From the NCBI GenBank assembly GCA_025839675.1, contig CP104013.1, positions 1,710,001 through 1,742,000 of the forward strand: a stretch of DNA of 32,000 nt, in the 5' to 3' direction. Source of the DNA: Candidatus Lokiarchaeum ossiferum (GTDB lineage Archaea; Asgardarchaeota; Lokiarchaeia; Sigyniarchaeales; Promethearchaeaceae). This document shows positions 24,291 to 32,000 of this stretch, piece after piece. A program made the translations under genes and the position numbers. The notes beneath the pieces are model-generated. The model was not told where the DNA came from. It made no database searches and saw only the letters and a list, made by a program, of their open reading frames with translations. Position 1 is the stretch's first letter. Every line of letters starts with the position of its first letter.

Positions 24291-24474
24291 GTTTGAAAAA
24301 AGTATTGGTACTTTATATACATTAATTCTTCTTTATTAAATTTTCACATAATTTGGGATTTGCAAAAAAAAAATTATTATAAAGTAAGCTCTAAAAAGAA
24401 TTGTTGAATAAAAAATAAAACATCTTTAGGAAAATGCTAAGTCTAAAAAAATTGAACAAATGGATTTTAAGAAA

Positions 24475-24507
24475 TTTTCAAAATTCAAAAATACGAAAAT
24501 TTTAAAT
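24475..24507 (+). promoter_or_regulatory. 25-nt conserved element plus TTTAAAT box upstream of the wHTH-P2-P3 operon
   Basis: The plus strand reads TTTTCAAAATTCAAAAATACGAAAA (24475-24499), then T, then TTTAAAT (24501-24507). There are 22 nt from the box to ATG 24530, so the TATA-to-start spacing fits a leaderless or near-leaderless transcript. Confidence 0.55.
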
Positions 24508-24529
24508 CCACAGTTTTTTTTATTTACTA

Positions 24530-25624
24530 ATGAGTGAATTGAATGAACACATTTTTGATCCCCAACTTCGAGATTATGAAAGCCAAATTATAGACTTTTT
24601 TATCAAAGAAGGAGAGATTAGAAATCGAGGGAAAAAGGCACAGTTAATTTATGCCTATTTGCTAATCCATCGCCAATTAACTCAAAATCAACTAGCGGAA
24701 TTAAGTAATCTTAGCAAAGGATACATATCATCAGCATTATCTTCAATGCAAAATATACAACTAATCAATCGAAAAATGATACCTGGAACACACACATACA
24801 AATATTCTTTTGTTAATGATAATAATTTCTTCGGATTTCGGGAATCATCGAAATTAGTCCAATATTACAACAATTTTGAACGAGTTGTTTGGAGTGAAAT
24901 AAAAAAACTGGAAAATCTGAAATGTGAAGAAAAATCTCAAAAGAGATTCCTAATAACGAGAATGAAAGATTTAATTCGCTGGACTCAAGCTGTGACAAAG
25001 ATAATTTGTGAGCAAGAAGGATACAAAAATCCAAATGCAGATAAGTATCCAAATTTATTAAATACTCAATTATACAACTCAAATAATGAATTAGAATTTT
25101 TCGATTATGAACCCAACTTAGTAGAATTTGAAAAAAACTTCATAGATATCATTTTGTCAATGGATAATACCTTTAGAAAAGACCCCATTCTCATATTAGA
25201 AGGATTTTTTCTCACAAGGAAAATTTTGAGTCAACAAAAAATTGAAGAACTCAGTCAATATTCTCGAGCAACTATTTCAAAAAGTATTTCAAAAATGCTC
25301 AAAATGGGGGAAATTCAAAAAATTCCAAAATCAAATGCCTTAATTTCTGGATATAAAGCGTATATTATGCCAAATGTGACCGAAGTTCAGCTATTAATGC
25401 AGATATCCACCCACGAACAAATTTTGACCTTCCAACCAGCAATAAAAAAAATAATTGTCGAATTGAAAACAAATAAGAAGAAGTTAGATAGATTAAATGG
25501 TTATACTGAAATTCAAGATATAACAAGCAAATTGGAAGAATATTTTTCGCATCACGAACAAAAATTAAAAATCACCAGAAAGATTTGCCATGAAATAAAA
25601 GATATTCAAATTTTGACTCATTAA
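24530..25624 (+). CDS. tandem winged-helix (MarR/TrmB-like) DNA-binding protein, putative regulator of the ABC cluster
   Basis: There are two wHTH-like units. One is AQLIYAYLLIHRQLTQNQLAELSNLSKGYISSALSSMQNIQLINRK (aa ~37-82). The other is ILEGFFLTRKILSQQKIEELSQYSRATISKSISKMLKMGEIQKI (aa ~222-265). Each is followed by a helical region. Confidence 0.55.
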   Translation: MSELNEHIFDPQLRDYESQIIDFFIKEGEIRNRGKKAQLIYAYLLIHRQLTQNQLAELSNLSKGYISSALSSMQNIQLINRKMIPGTHTYKYSFVNDNNFFGFRESSKLVQYYNNFERVVWSEIKKLENLKCEEKSQKRFLITRMKDLIRWTQAVTKIICEQEGYKNPNADKYPNLLNTQLYNSNNELEFFDYEPNLVEFEKNFIDIILSMDNTFRKDPILILEGFFLTRKILSQQKIEELSQYSRATISKSISKMLKMGEIQKIPKSNALISGYKAYIMPNVTEVQLLMQISTHEQILTFQPAIKKIIVELKTNKKKLDRLNGYTEIQDITSKLEEYFSHHEQKLKITRKICHEIKDIQILTH

Positions 25625-25640
25625 GCTTCGTTTAACGGAG

Positions 25641-25648
25641 TTTTTTTT
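25641..25648 (+). terminator. T8 tract 17 nt after the regulator stop (possible attenuating terminator before P2)
   Basis: The sequence is TAAGCTTCGTTTAACGGAGTTTTTTTTAA. Oligo-T tracts act as archaeal terminators. Confidence 0.35.
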
Positions 25649-25704
25649 AATTTTGCAAAAATTCTAAAATTCATAATTTGGAAAAATTTTTAAAATTTAA
25701 AACT

Positions 25705-28293
25705 ATGAAAAATTTAGATATAATTTTTAAGAAAAACTTGAGGATAAAAGAAGTGGCCAAATATTGGAAATATTATTGGAATGAATCATTGATTAATTTG
25801 AAAAAACACTGGATCATTATTTTGTGCATTGGATTTTCTATATCAATGATTAGCGGTATGGCATATTTTAATATAGCAAATCAACAAATACAGTTTCAAA
25901 ATGCAATTAATTCGGTTTCAGATTTTGACGTCATGCATGAACAATTCTGGACAAGTGACCTCGGATGGGAAGTTAAACTCGATTTTTATGAAAATTTCAA
26001 TCATTCTGATTCAAAAATGGAGGAAATAATTAATTCTACCTCTTTGGACCTTGAAATGACTGTCAAGTATGGTATGTTGCATGTTGAAGAAGGATTTATT
26101 GTAAACAAAGATTGGGAATCATTTGAAATCAACAAATATAGTGATCAAATGAAATATCTGACCGATATTAATGCATCTAAAATAAATCTTGGTATGTTTG
26201 ATAACAATTTTTACTCTTCTTCTCGATTTAGTCAATTTTTCAAAATAATCGAAGGGAAAGCACCTGAAAATCCGAATGAAATACTAATAGATTACTCTGT
26301 GGCCCAAAAATATTCCTATAAATTGAATGAAACAATCAATATTACTACAGTAATAGGTTCAACTCGAGCAGGAATCCCAATTATTATCAATCTTCATGAA
26401 TTTCTTTTAGAAAACTTGACCATTTCTGGAATTTATCTACCAACGAAGAACGATTTTCAATTGGATTTAAATGAATTTCAGTACAGTTATACAGTCGACG
26501 ATTACACCGCAAATCAAACCTATCAAATTTCAAAAAATTATATAGAGAGTCCTTTGTTCTTCTTATTTAATAACTTTGAAGTAGAACAGCGAGAACATAT
26601 TTTACTCAATATGTATCAAGAAGTAGCCGAAAGCGATGGCTATAATTTTATGAGAGCTTTTCGCACATTTTCAGGTTATATGTTTTTCTTTAACCGCGCA
26701 GAGTTAAGATTTGATCAGATAAGGACGATGAAAACCCAAATTTCTCAAAAATCCTTTGAACTTTACCAATCTCTTCCTTTTGGGCTTGATTATTATGACA
26801 AATTATCAAACATTTTAGATAATGTCTATCGAGAATATCAACAGACCGGTTTTTTTCTTCAATTCCTTAATTTCCCAGTAATTTTATTTGCAATCTTAAT
26901 ATCTCGTAACTTAGTTCTTGAGGATGAAGAAAAATTTAGAAAGAAAATCTTAAATCTAAAAGGAAAAGGAATGCCAATCCAGAAAATTGTAAGACAAATA
27001 CAATTCAACACTTTAATTACAGGATCAATTACATCTCTATTAGGGATCTTATTCGGAGGTTTGACCTTTTATGGGTATTCAGCATTTTTGGGAAGAATTT
27101 ATGGAGAAGTTCAAGAATTGGCTGAGATTCCAGCAATTAGATCAAACACAATCATATTCTGCTTCTTCTTAGGAATTGGAATCACATATTTAACAAACGT
27201 TGAGCTTATTCACAAAATTAAGAAGTTGAAATTCTCTGATTTAGCAGAATCGATAGGCAATGGATCTATGAACAACATTAATGAGTCAAGCCCATTAAAT
27301 AAAATAACTGATGATTATAGAGCATCGGTTTCAAAATGGGCTTGGATTCAAATTATATCGAGTTTAATTCCGGTAGTTGCATACTTACTTTTATTTATTA
27401 GCAAAAAATCAGTGATTCCAGATAGTTTAGTCGATATTGTTCGAGTATTTTTAGCAGGTGAAAATTATATTTTATTATTGAGTTATGTAGGAATGGGTTT
27501 AATCATTTCAGCAATAATTCGAATTATATCACGAGATGTTCCCAAAATATTTACCAATTACTCAAAAAATGTATCTAAGGTATTTGTGAGGGATCTAAAT
27601 CCCATGGTTTCTTATGAATTAACCGAAAATTACAAGTGGAGCCATATTTTAACCTACCTCGCAATTTATGTTGCAAGTATGACAATTTTAAACATTTCAT
27701 TCTATTCAATATTAAATTATGAGATGAATTTAGAGACATTTATAAATACTGGAACATTTATGAGTGAAAATCTGGATGCTTCTTTTGTATCCTTGAGGGG
27801 GGATTTTGCATTAATTTTTGGAAGTAGTGGATTTTATAAAATGATTTATATCAATTTCATTATAGTTGGAATATTTTTAGGGATTGAATTGGGTTTAACA
27901 ATTATTATCATCATAAAAGAAAATTCTATGATAATGAATACATTGAAAAACCGTGGTTTAAAACGTAAAAAAATGATAAAAATAATAATGACTCAAGTAT
28001 TTATCGTTTTTTCACTTGCCATTATTATTGGTGTTGGTATTGGTCTGTTGGTGGGCGTGGGTCAAATTAAAATGGGATTGTTCCTACTTACACATAATTC
28101 AGACAGTATTATACCGATGAATTCAGAATTTCCAATTATAATGGAGTTTTGGTCCCAAACAATTATATTTACAACAATATTTTTGATTGTTTGCTTAATT
28201 TTACTAGTTTACTTTTTTTACCAAAAACAAACCCACTTGAAGCAACAAAAAGTGTCTGAAGATATCAAATCAGTTGTTTACGCTTTGAAATAA
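25705..28293 (+). CDS. ABC transporter permease, double FtsX/MacB-type (P2)
   Basis: It has an N-terminal TM, a ~330-aa exo-domain and a first FtsX unit (KILNLKGKGMPIQKIVRQIQFNTLITGSITSLLGILFGG). More TMs and a C-terminal FtsX unit (LKNRGLKRKKMIKIIMTQVFIVFSLAIIIGVGIG) follow. The track starts it at TTG 25678; the first ATG is 25705. Paralogous to P1 and P3. Confidence 0.8.
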   Translation: MKNLDIIFKKNLRIKEVAKYWKYYWNESLINLKKHWIIILCIGFSISMISGMAYFNIANQQIQFQNAINSVSDFDVMHEQFWTSDLGWEVKLDFYENFNHSDSKMEEIINSTSLDLEMTVKYGMLHVEEGFIVNKDWESFEINKYSDQMKYLTDINASKINLGMFDNNFYSSSRFSQFFKIIEGKAPENPNEILIDYSVAQKYSYKLNETINITTVIGSTRAGIPIIINLHEFLLENLTISGIYLPTKNDFQLDLNEFQYSYTVDDYTANQTYQISKNYIESPLFFLFNNFEVEQREHILLNMYQEVAESDGYNFMRAFRTFSGYMFFFNRAELRFDQIRTMKTQISQKSFELYQSLPFGLDYYDKLSNILDNVYREYQQTGFFLQFLNFPVILFAILISRNLVLEDEEKFRKKILNLKGKGMPIQKIVRQIQFNTLITGSITSLLGILFGGLTFYGYSAFLGRIYGEVQELAEIPAIRSNTIIFCFFLGIGITYLTNVELIHKIKKLKFSDLAESIGNGSMNNINESSPLNKITDDYRASVSKWAWIQIISSLIPVVAYLLLFISKKSVIPDSLVDIVRVFLAGENYILLLSYVGMGLIISAIIRIISRDVPKIFTNYSKNVSKVFVRDLNPMVSYELTENYKWSHILTYLAIYVASMTILNISFYSILNYEMNLETFINTGTFMSENLDASFVSLRGDFALIFGSSGFYKMIYINFIIVGIFLGIELGLTIIIIIKENSMIMNTLKNRGLKRKKMIKIIMTQVFIVFSLAIIIGVGIGLLVGVGQIKMGLFLLTHNSDSIIPMNSEFPIIMEFWSQTIIFTTIFLIVCLILLVYFFYQKQTHLKQQKVSEDIKSVVYALK

Positions 28294-28297
28294 ACAA

Positions 28298-30916
28298 ATG
28301 ACTGTTTTTTTTTCTCTATATTTACGATATTGTATGAAAAAAAAAAATTATTCAAAAATTAAGCAATATTATATAAAATTAAGTGAAATCATTTTGGTTA
28401 AATATTGGCTATTTTATTGGAACGAATCGATTAGTTCAATAAAGAAAAATTGGATCCTTCTATTATGTATGGCATTATCTATATCCATGTTTAGTGGATT
28501 ATCCTATTTCAATGAATCAAATCAAAGCAATAATTTTCTGAATTCATTGATCTATGTTAACGACATTGAAATTGTTCATGATCAATCTTTTAACCCAGAT
28601 AATGGATGGACAACGCGCGTCAATTTTGTTGAATATTTCTCAGAAACCGATACACAAGTATTCAAAGCCTACAATGAATCTTCATTGGAACTAACAAACA
28701 TCATGAAGTATGGAATGATGAGGATGGATGAAGGGAATATCGTGTCCCCTCAATGGAATATCATTGATCCGAGCGAATATTCAGACGGTTTTAAATATCG
28801 AAAGGACGTAAATGCAACAGAAATAAATATAGGTTTATTTGATGCTAATTTTTATAATTCTGAACGATTTGACCAATATTTTAAAATCCTTGACGGAAAT
28901 GTACCAACCACCAATGATGAAATATTAGTAGATTATTCATTTGCACACACATACTCTGTCAAAATAGGTGAAACAATAAATATAACAACACTTATTGGAA
29001 GGACCATGAATATGTACCCTCTAATTTACAATATGCATGAAGTTCTGATTGCAAATCAAACAATTTCCGGAATATATTTGCCCACCCAATATGAATATGA
29101 TTTAGATTTGAATCACTTTCGTTATTCGTATAATTATCAAGATTGGGTTGAAAATCGTACTTATAGCCAACCCCTAGATTTTATTGAGAGTCCCATGATT
29201 TTTACATATAATGATTTTTCCGTGAATCAATCAAATCACGTAATTAAAAAACTGTTTGATTATATTCGGGATTACCACTTGACCACCAATTTTATTCGAT
29301 CATTCCGTACTTTTTCCGGATATGCCATAACTCTTGATAGAAGTATGCTTGAATATCAAAAAATTCGGACTTGGCGTACTTATATTTCTGCAAAATCCTA
29401 TGATATGTATATTGATTTGCCTTTTCAAGTTGGGTATATTGATCGGATTTCCAATAATTTAAAAGAACTATCATTAGAATACTCACAAAATCGATTTTTC
29501 TTACAGTTTTTAAATTATCCAATTATTCTTTTTGCAATCCTTATAAATCAAAATTTAATTGAAAAAAATGAATTTGAATTTAATCAGAATTTGCTCCATT
29601 TAAGAAGCAAAGGTATGCCAATTAAAAAAATAATGATCCAAAAAGGCTTTCAAACCATAATGAATGGTCTAATTGCATCTATAATTGGCCTAACTGCAGG
29701 ATTACTAACATTTTTTGGATATAATCAATTTTTGGGGAATTTGTATTCGATTTCTGGGGATGTTGCGAAAATACCATTGATATCAACAACTACCATCCTT
29801 GAAAGCGTGATCTTAGGCTTATTAATGTCAATATTCTCATACTATGCAATAATTCGAAAAATCAAGAAATCAAATTATTCCGAACTAGCGGAAATAATAG
29901 GAGAAAATCAATGGAACAATTCTCCAAAGACAACAAATTCCTTAACAAAATCATTCAAACCAATTTCAGTGTTTACTATTATTCAACTTTTTATTGGTAT
30001 CATTCCTATATTTCTATTCATTTTGATATATATTCACAGTGTCGCACAATTACCTGATAGTCTAGTAGATGTTGCAATCACTTTAACCGAAAATACCGCT
30101 TTTCTACTAATCTATTCATTTGTTGGTTTAGGATTACTTGTTTCTGCATTTGTTCAAATATTTGCGATACAAAATACAAGAATTTATCAAATTCTATCCC
30201 AAAAAGTAGCTCATCTCTTCGTTAAAGATTTAAACCCAATTGTTGCGGAAAATCTTGTTTTAAATCGAAAATGGGGAAAAATTATTTCCTATCTATCAAT
30301 TTTCATAGCTTTCTTAACGAGTTTAAATTTAAGTTTTTATTCGCATCTTAATTTTGAGAATTTGTTATTGACTTATTCACCAGAGAATGAAATTGCATAT
30401 TCTTTCTTGGGAGCAAATTTAATTTTTTTGAAAGGTACCTTCTCAAAGGAATTTGCAAGTAGTGGTTTTTTTAAAATGATGTATATTGATTTTATCACAA
30501 TAGGTCTATTTTTAGCAATAGAACTTGTTTTAACCATCATCACCATTGCTCAAGAAAATAAAAGAGAGAGCCAAAATTTGATTGGACGCGGAATTCCAAA
30601 AACTAAAATTTTAAAAATGCTACTAACACAGATATTCATCGTTTTTTTGATTGCAATAATGGTCGGAATTCTTTTTGGTTTCCTATTTGGTCTGGGATTA
30701 AATAAAATCACAATTTATCTCCTAATGCTTGAAAATCAGATAAACATTTCAGAGATTCCAATACCGATATTTTATGAATTTTGGACAATTGCTGGCATTA
30801 TTTTCATTATTTTCATGTTGGTTTGCATATTATTAACAATTCATTTTGCTCATCAAAAACATGGGGAAAATAACAACCACCCATATCAAATTTCTCCTAT
30901 TCTAAAGCATCAATAA
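28298..30916 (+). CDS. ABC transporter permease, double FtsX/MacB-type (P3), tandem paralog of P2
   Basis: Collinear with P2 over its whole length (e.g. KYWLFYWNES/KYWKYYWNES, FRTFSGY, FFLQFLNYPIILFAIL/FFLQFLNFPVILFAIL, KGMPIKKI/KGMPIQKI, PDSLVDV/PDSLVDI, SSGFFKMMYIDF/SSGFYKMIYINF). It starts 4 nt after the P2 stop. Confidence 0.8.
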   Translation: MTVFFSLYLRYCMKKKNYSKIKQYYIKLSEIILVKYWLFYWNESISSIKKNWILLLCMALSISMFSGLSYFNESNQSNNFLNSLIYVNDIEIVHDQSFNPDNGWTTRVNFVEYFSETDTQVFKAYNESSLELTNIMKYGMMRMDEGNIVSPQWNIIDPSEYSDGFKYRKDVNATEINIGLFDANFYNSERFDQYFKILDGNVPTTNDEILVDYSFAHTYSVKIGETINITTLIGRTMNMYPLIYNMHEVLIANQTISGIYLPTQYEYDLDLNHFRYSYNYQDWVENRTYSQPLDFIESPMIFTYNDFSVNQSNHVIKKLFDYIRDYHLTTNFIRSFRTFSGYAITLDRSMLEYQKIRTWRTYISAKSYDMYIDLPFQVGYIDRISNNLKELSLEYSQNRFFLQFLNYPIILFAILINQNLIEKNEFEFNQNLLHLRSKGMPIKKIMIQKGFQTIMNGLIASIIGLTAGLLTFFGYNQFLGNLYSISGDVAKIPLISTTTILESVILGLLMSIFSYYAIIRKIKKSNYSELAEIIGENQWNNSPKTTNSLTKSFKPISVFTIIQLFIGIIPIFLFILIYIHSVAQLPDSLVDVAITLTENTAFLLIYSFVGLGLLVSAFVQIFAIQNTRIYQILSQKVAHLFVKDLNPIVAENLVLNRKWGKIISYLSIFIAFLTSLNLSFYSHLNFENLLLTYSPENEIAYSFLGANLIFLKGTFSKEFASSGFFKMMYIDFITIGLFLAIELVLTIITIAQENKRESQNLIGRGIPKTKILKMLLTQIFIVFLIAIMVGILFGFLFGLGLNKITIYLLMLENQINISEIPIPIFYEFWTIAGIIFIIFMLVCILLTIHFAHQKHGENNNHPYQISPILKHQ

Positions 30917-30927
30917 TTTGGATTAAA

Positions 30928-30936
30928 TTTTTTTTT
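30928..30936 (+). terminator. T9 tract 12 nt after the P3 stop
   Basis: The sequence TAATTTGGATTAAATTTTTTTTTCC lies at the end of the P2-P3 unit, in a convergent gap. Confidence 0.4.
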
Positions 30937-31002
30937 CCTGTCCCTTAATTGTAGTTTATTTGATAAAAAGCAAGAAAAGAAAAAAGAAGGGATCCAAGGT
31001 TT

Positions 31003-32000
31003 TTAATTATTTTTAAATAAAGCAACCAAAGTTATAATGGCACCTTCAAGAACCAAGATAATCCCAGATAAGAAGTGGAAACATGCCATTACCCCAAAAA
31101 CTAGCTTCAAAATCCCCAGCCATAATGGGATATCTTGCATTCTCCGGTTCTTAGCAATTGATCGAAGAATAACGAGATCAATAGAAAGTGCACCCAAAGC
31201 GATAAAGAAATAAATAAGTCCAATTTCATCCAGTGAAATGAAATAAGGATTAGTAAAGCCGAGGATTATAAATCCCAAGAGCGAAGCAAAAATATTCGTT
31301 AAGGAAAGAATAACATCCCCAAAACTTCGCTTATATTTCCAAGAAAATACCGCACTATCAGTAATTGCAATAAACATTACAATAAATCCTTTGAATGCCA
31401 GATATATTCCCACACCTTTGCCAAAAATGGACCCTAAAATTCCGATTATAATAAAATCAATTCCATAATTTTGAAGATCGCGAGATTCAATTTTTTTCCT
31501 TACCCATACGACGTCATACAAGAAAATTATAATTCCTACACCGACCGGTATCAAAGCTCTAAGCAGATCGGATTGATAAGTTGATGAATCACCCGATTGG
31601 AGATCAGGAATTGTAGACATAAGAATAATAATGCCATAAATTAAAAGATGAATCATGGTAAGCGTTGAAGTAATGAGATTCATTCGACGGAAATACGAAT
31701 ATTTTTGCGACAGTGGCGGAGCATCCATATCATTATGAAATATTGACATTCGAGGTCGACGATATTCATTTCGATAATTTGAATCAGATCTTGAATTATA
31801 TGGAGATTTTCGGGGAGAAGAAGCGGTCGTTGCTCGAGGTGAAGAATTTTGATTTGAAGATTTTTTATTTGGTGATGCTTCACTGTGTCCGGATGGAGAA
31901 GATAATTTAGAATCTTGAATTTTCTTCTTTATTCCCGAACCAATACGTTTCGTCCCTTTCCATATTTTTTTTGTACCTTCACCAAGTTTTTTAGACCCTT
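31003..32000 (-). CDS. multi-pass membrane protein, probably with a Ser/Pro/Lys-rich N-terminal extension that runs off the right edge
   Basis: The track ORF (31003-31749) encodes 6-7 hydrophobic helices. The same frame stays open for all 83 codons upstream of that ATG to the window edge. It reads ...GSKKLGEGTKKIWKGTKRIGSGIKKKIQDSKLSSPSGHSEASPNKKSSNQNSSPRATTASSPRKSPYNSRSDSNYRNEYRRPR-MSIF... An open frame this long is unexpected for non-coding AT-rich DNA. Confidence 0.55.
   Translation of the reverse strand, partial: GSKKLGEGTKKIWKGTKRIGSGIKKKIQDSKLSSPSGHSEASPNKKSSNQNSSPRATTASSPRKSPYNSRSDSNYRNEYRRPRMSIFHNDMDAPPLSQKYSYFRRMNLITSTLTMIHLLIYGIIILMSTIPDLQSGDSSTYQSDLLRALIPVGVGIIIFLYDVVWVRKKIESRDLQNYGIDFIIIGILGSIFGKGVGIYLAFKGFIVMFIAITDSAVFSWKYKRSFGDVILSLTNIFASLLGFIILGFTNPYFISLDEIGLIYFFIALGALSIDLVILRSIAKNRRMQDIPLWLGILKLVFGVMACFHFLSGIILVLEGAIITLVALFKNN

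Noticed and set aside
1-32000. Window-wide reassignment of TGA to a sense codon
   Set aside because: gar1 (stop at 11405-11407) and the ABC ATPase (stop at 23018-23020) end at TGA at sensible protein lengths. None of the conserved genes contains an in-frame TGA. TGA is simply a rare stop in this AT-rich genome.
1-32000. CRISPR arrays, transposases/integrases, rRNA or tRNA genes
   Set aside because: I looked for regularly spaced direct repeats, IS-like terminal repeats, recombinase motifs and G+C-rich tRNA-like blocks. None was found. The only notable repeats are those reported at 24141-24510 and 18142-18197.

Overview
This is a strongly AT-rich archaeal chromosomal segment, densely coding on both strands. 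Recognisable core genes:
- two-subunit class I fumarate hydratase
- MobB-like P-loop protein
- ribosomal protein eS26
- a CDP-alcohol phosphatidyltransferase
- a Roadblock/LC7 protein
- the gar1-tfb pair
- an EngB-like GTPase
- a HAD phosphatase
- archaeal-type ThrRS with the N-terminal editing domain
- a Zn-dependent dehydrogenase
- the radical-SAM tRNA enzyme Taw1/TYW1

eS26, Roadblock and many long orphan or low-complexity proteins in this AT-rich background suggest a TACK/Asgard, Lokiarchaeia-like genome. That is inference only. I saw no rRNA, tRNA, CRISPR array, transposase or integrase.

The accessory-looking part is 19.9-31 kb. It is a divergently organised FtsX/MacB-type ABC cluster with one ATPase carrying a C-terminal zinc-ribbon tail, three giant paralogous double-FtsX permeases and a tandem winged-helix protein. 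Both divergent units are preceded by an identical 25-nt element next to a TTTAAAT box. This is my best candidate for an undescribed, self-regulated module.

Other points worth a second look:
- eS26 and probably ThrRS seem to start at ATT, 6-7 nt downstream of a GGTGA Shine-Dalgarno-like motif.
- A 154-codon membrane/zinc-ribbon frame is interrupted only by three TGA codons, next to a second decayed zinc-finger gene.
- A G+C-enriched, ORF-poor island at 9.59-9.97 kb may be a structured RNA of unknown class.
- Taw1 carries a wHTH-like insertion.
- Gar1 and the GTPase carry lysine-rich tails.
- A Nob1-like PIN domain is fused to about 500 aa of uncharacterised sequence.

All functional calls rest on motif recognition by eye. 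No searches were run.
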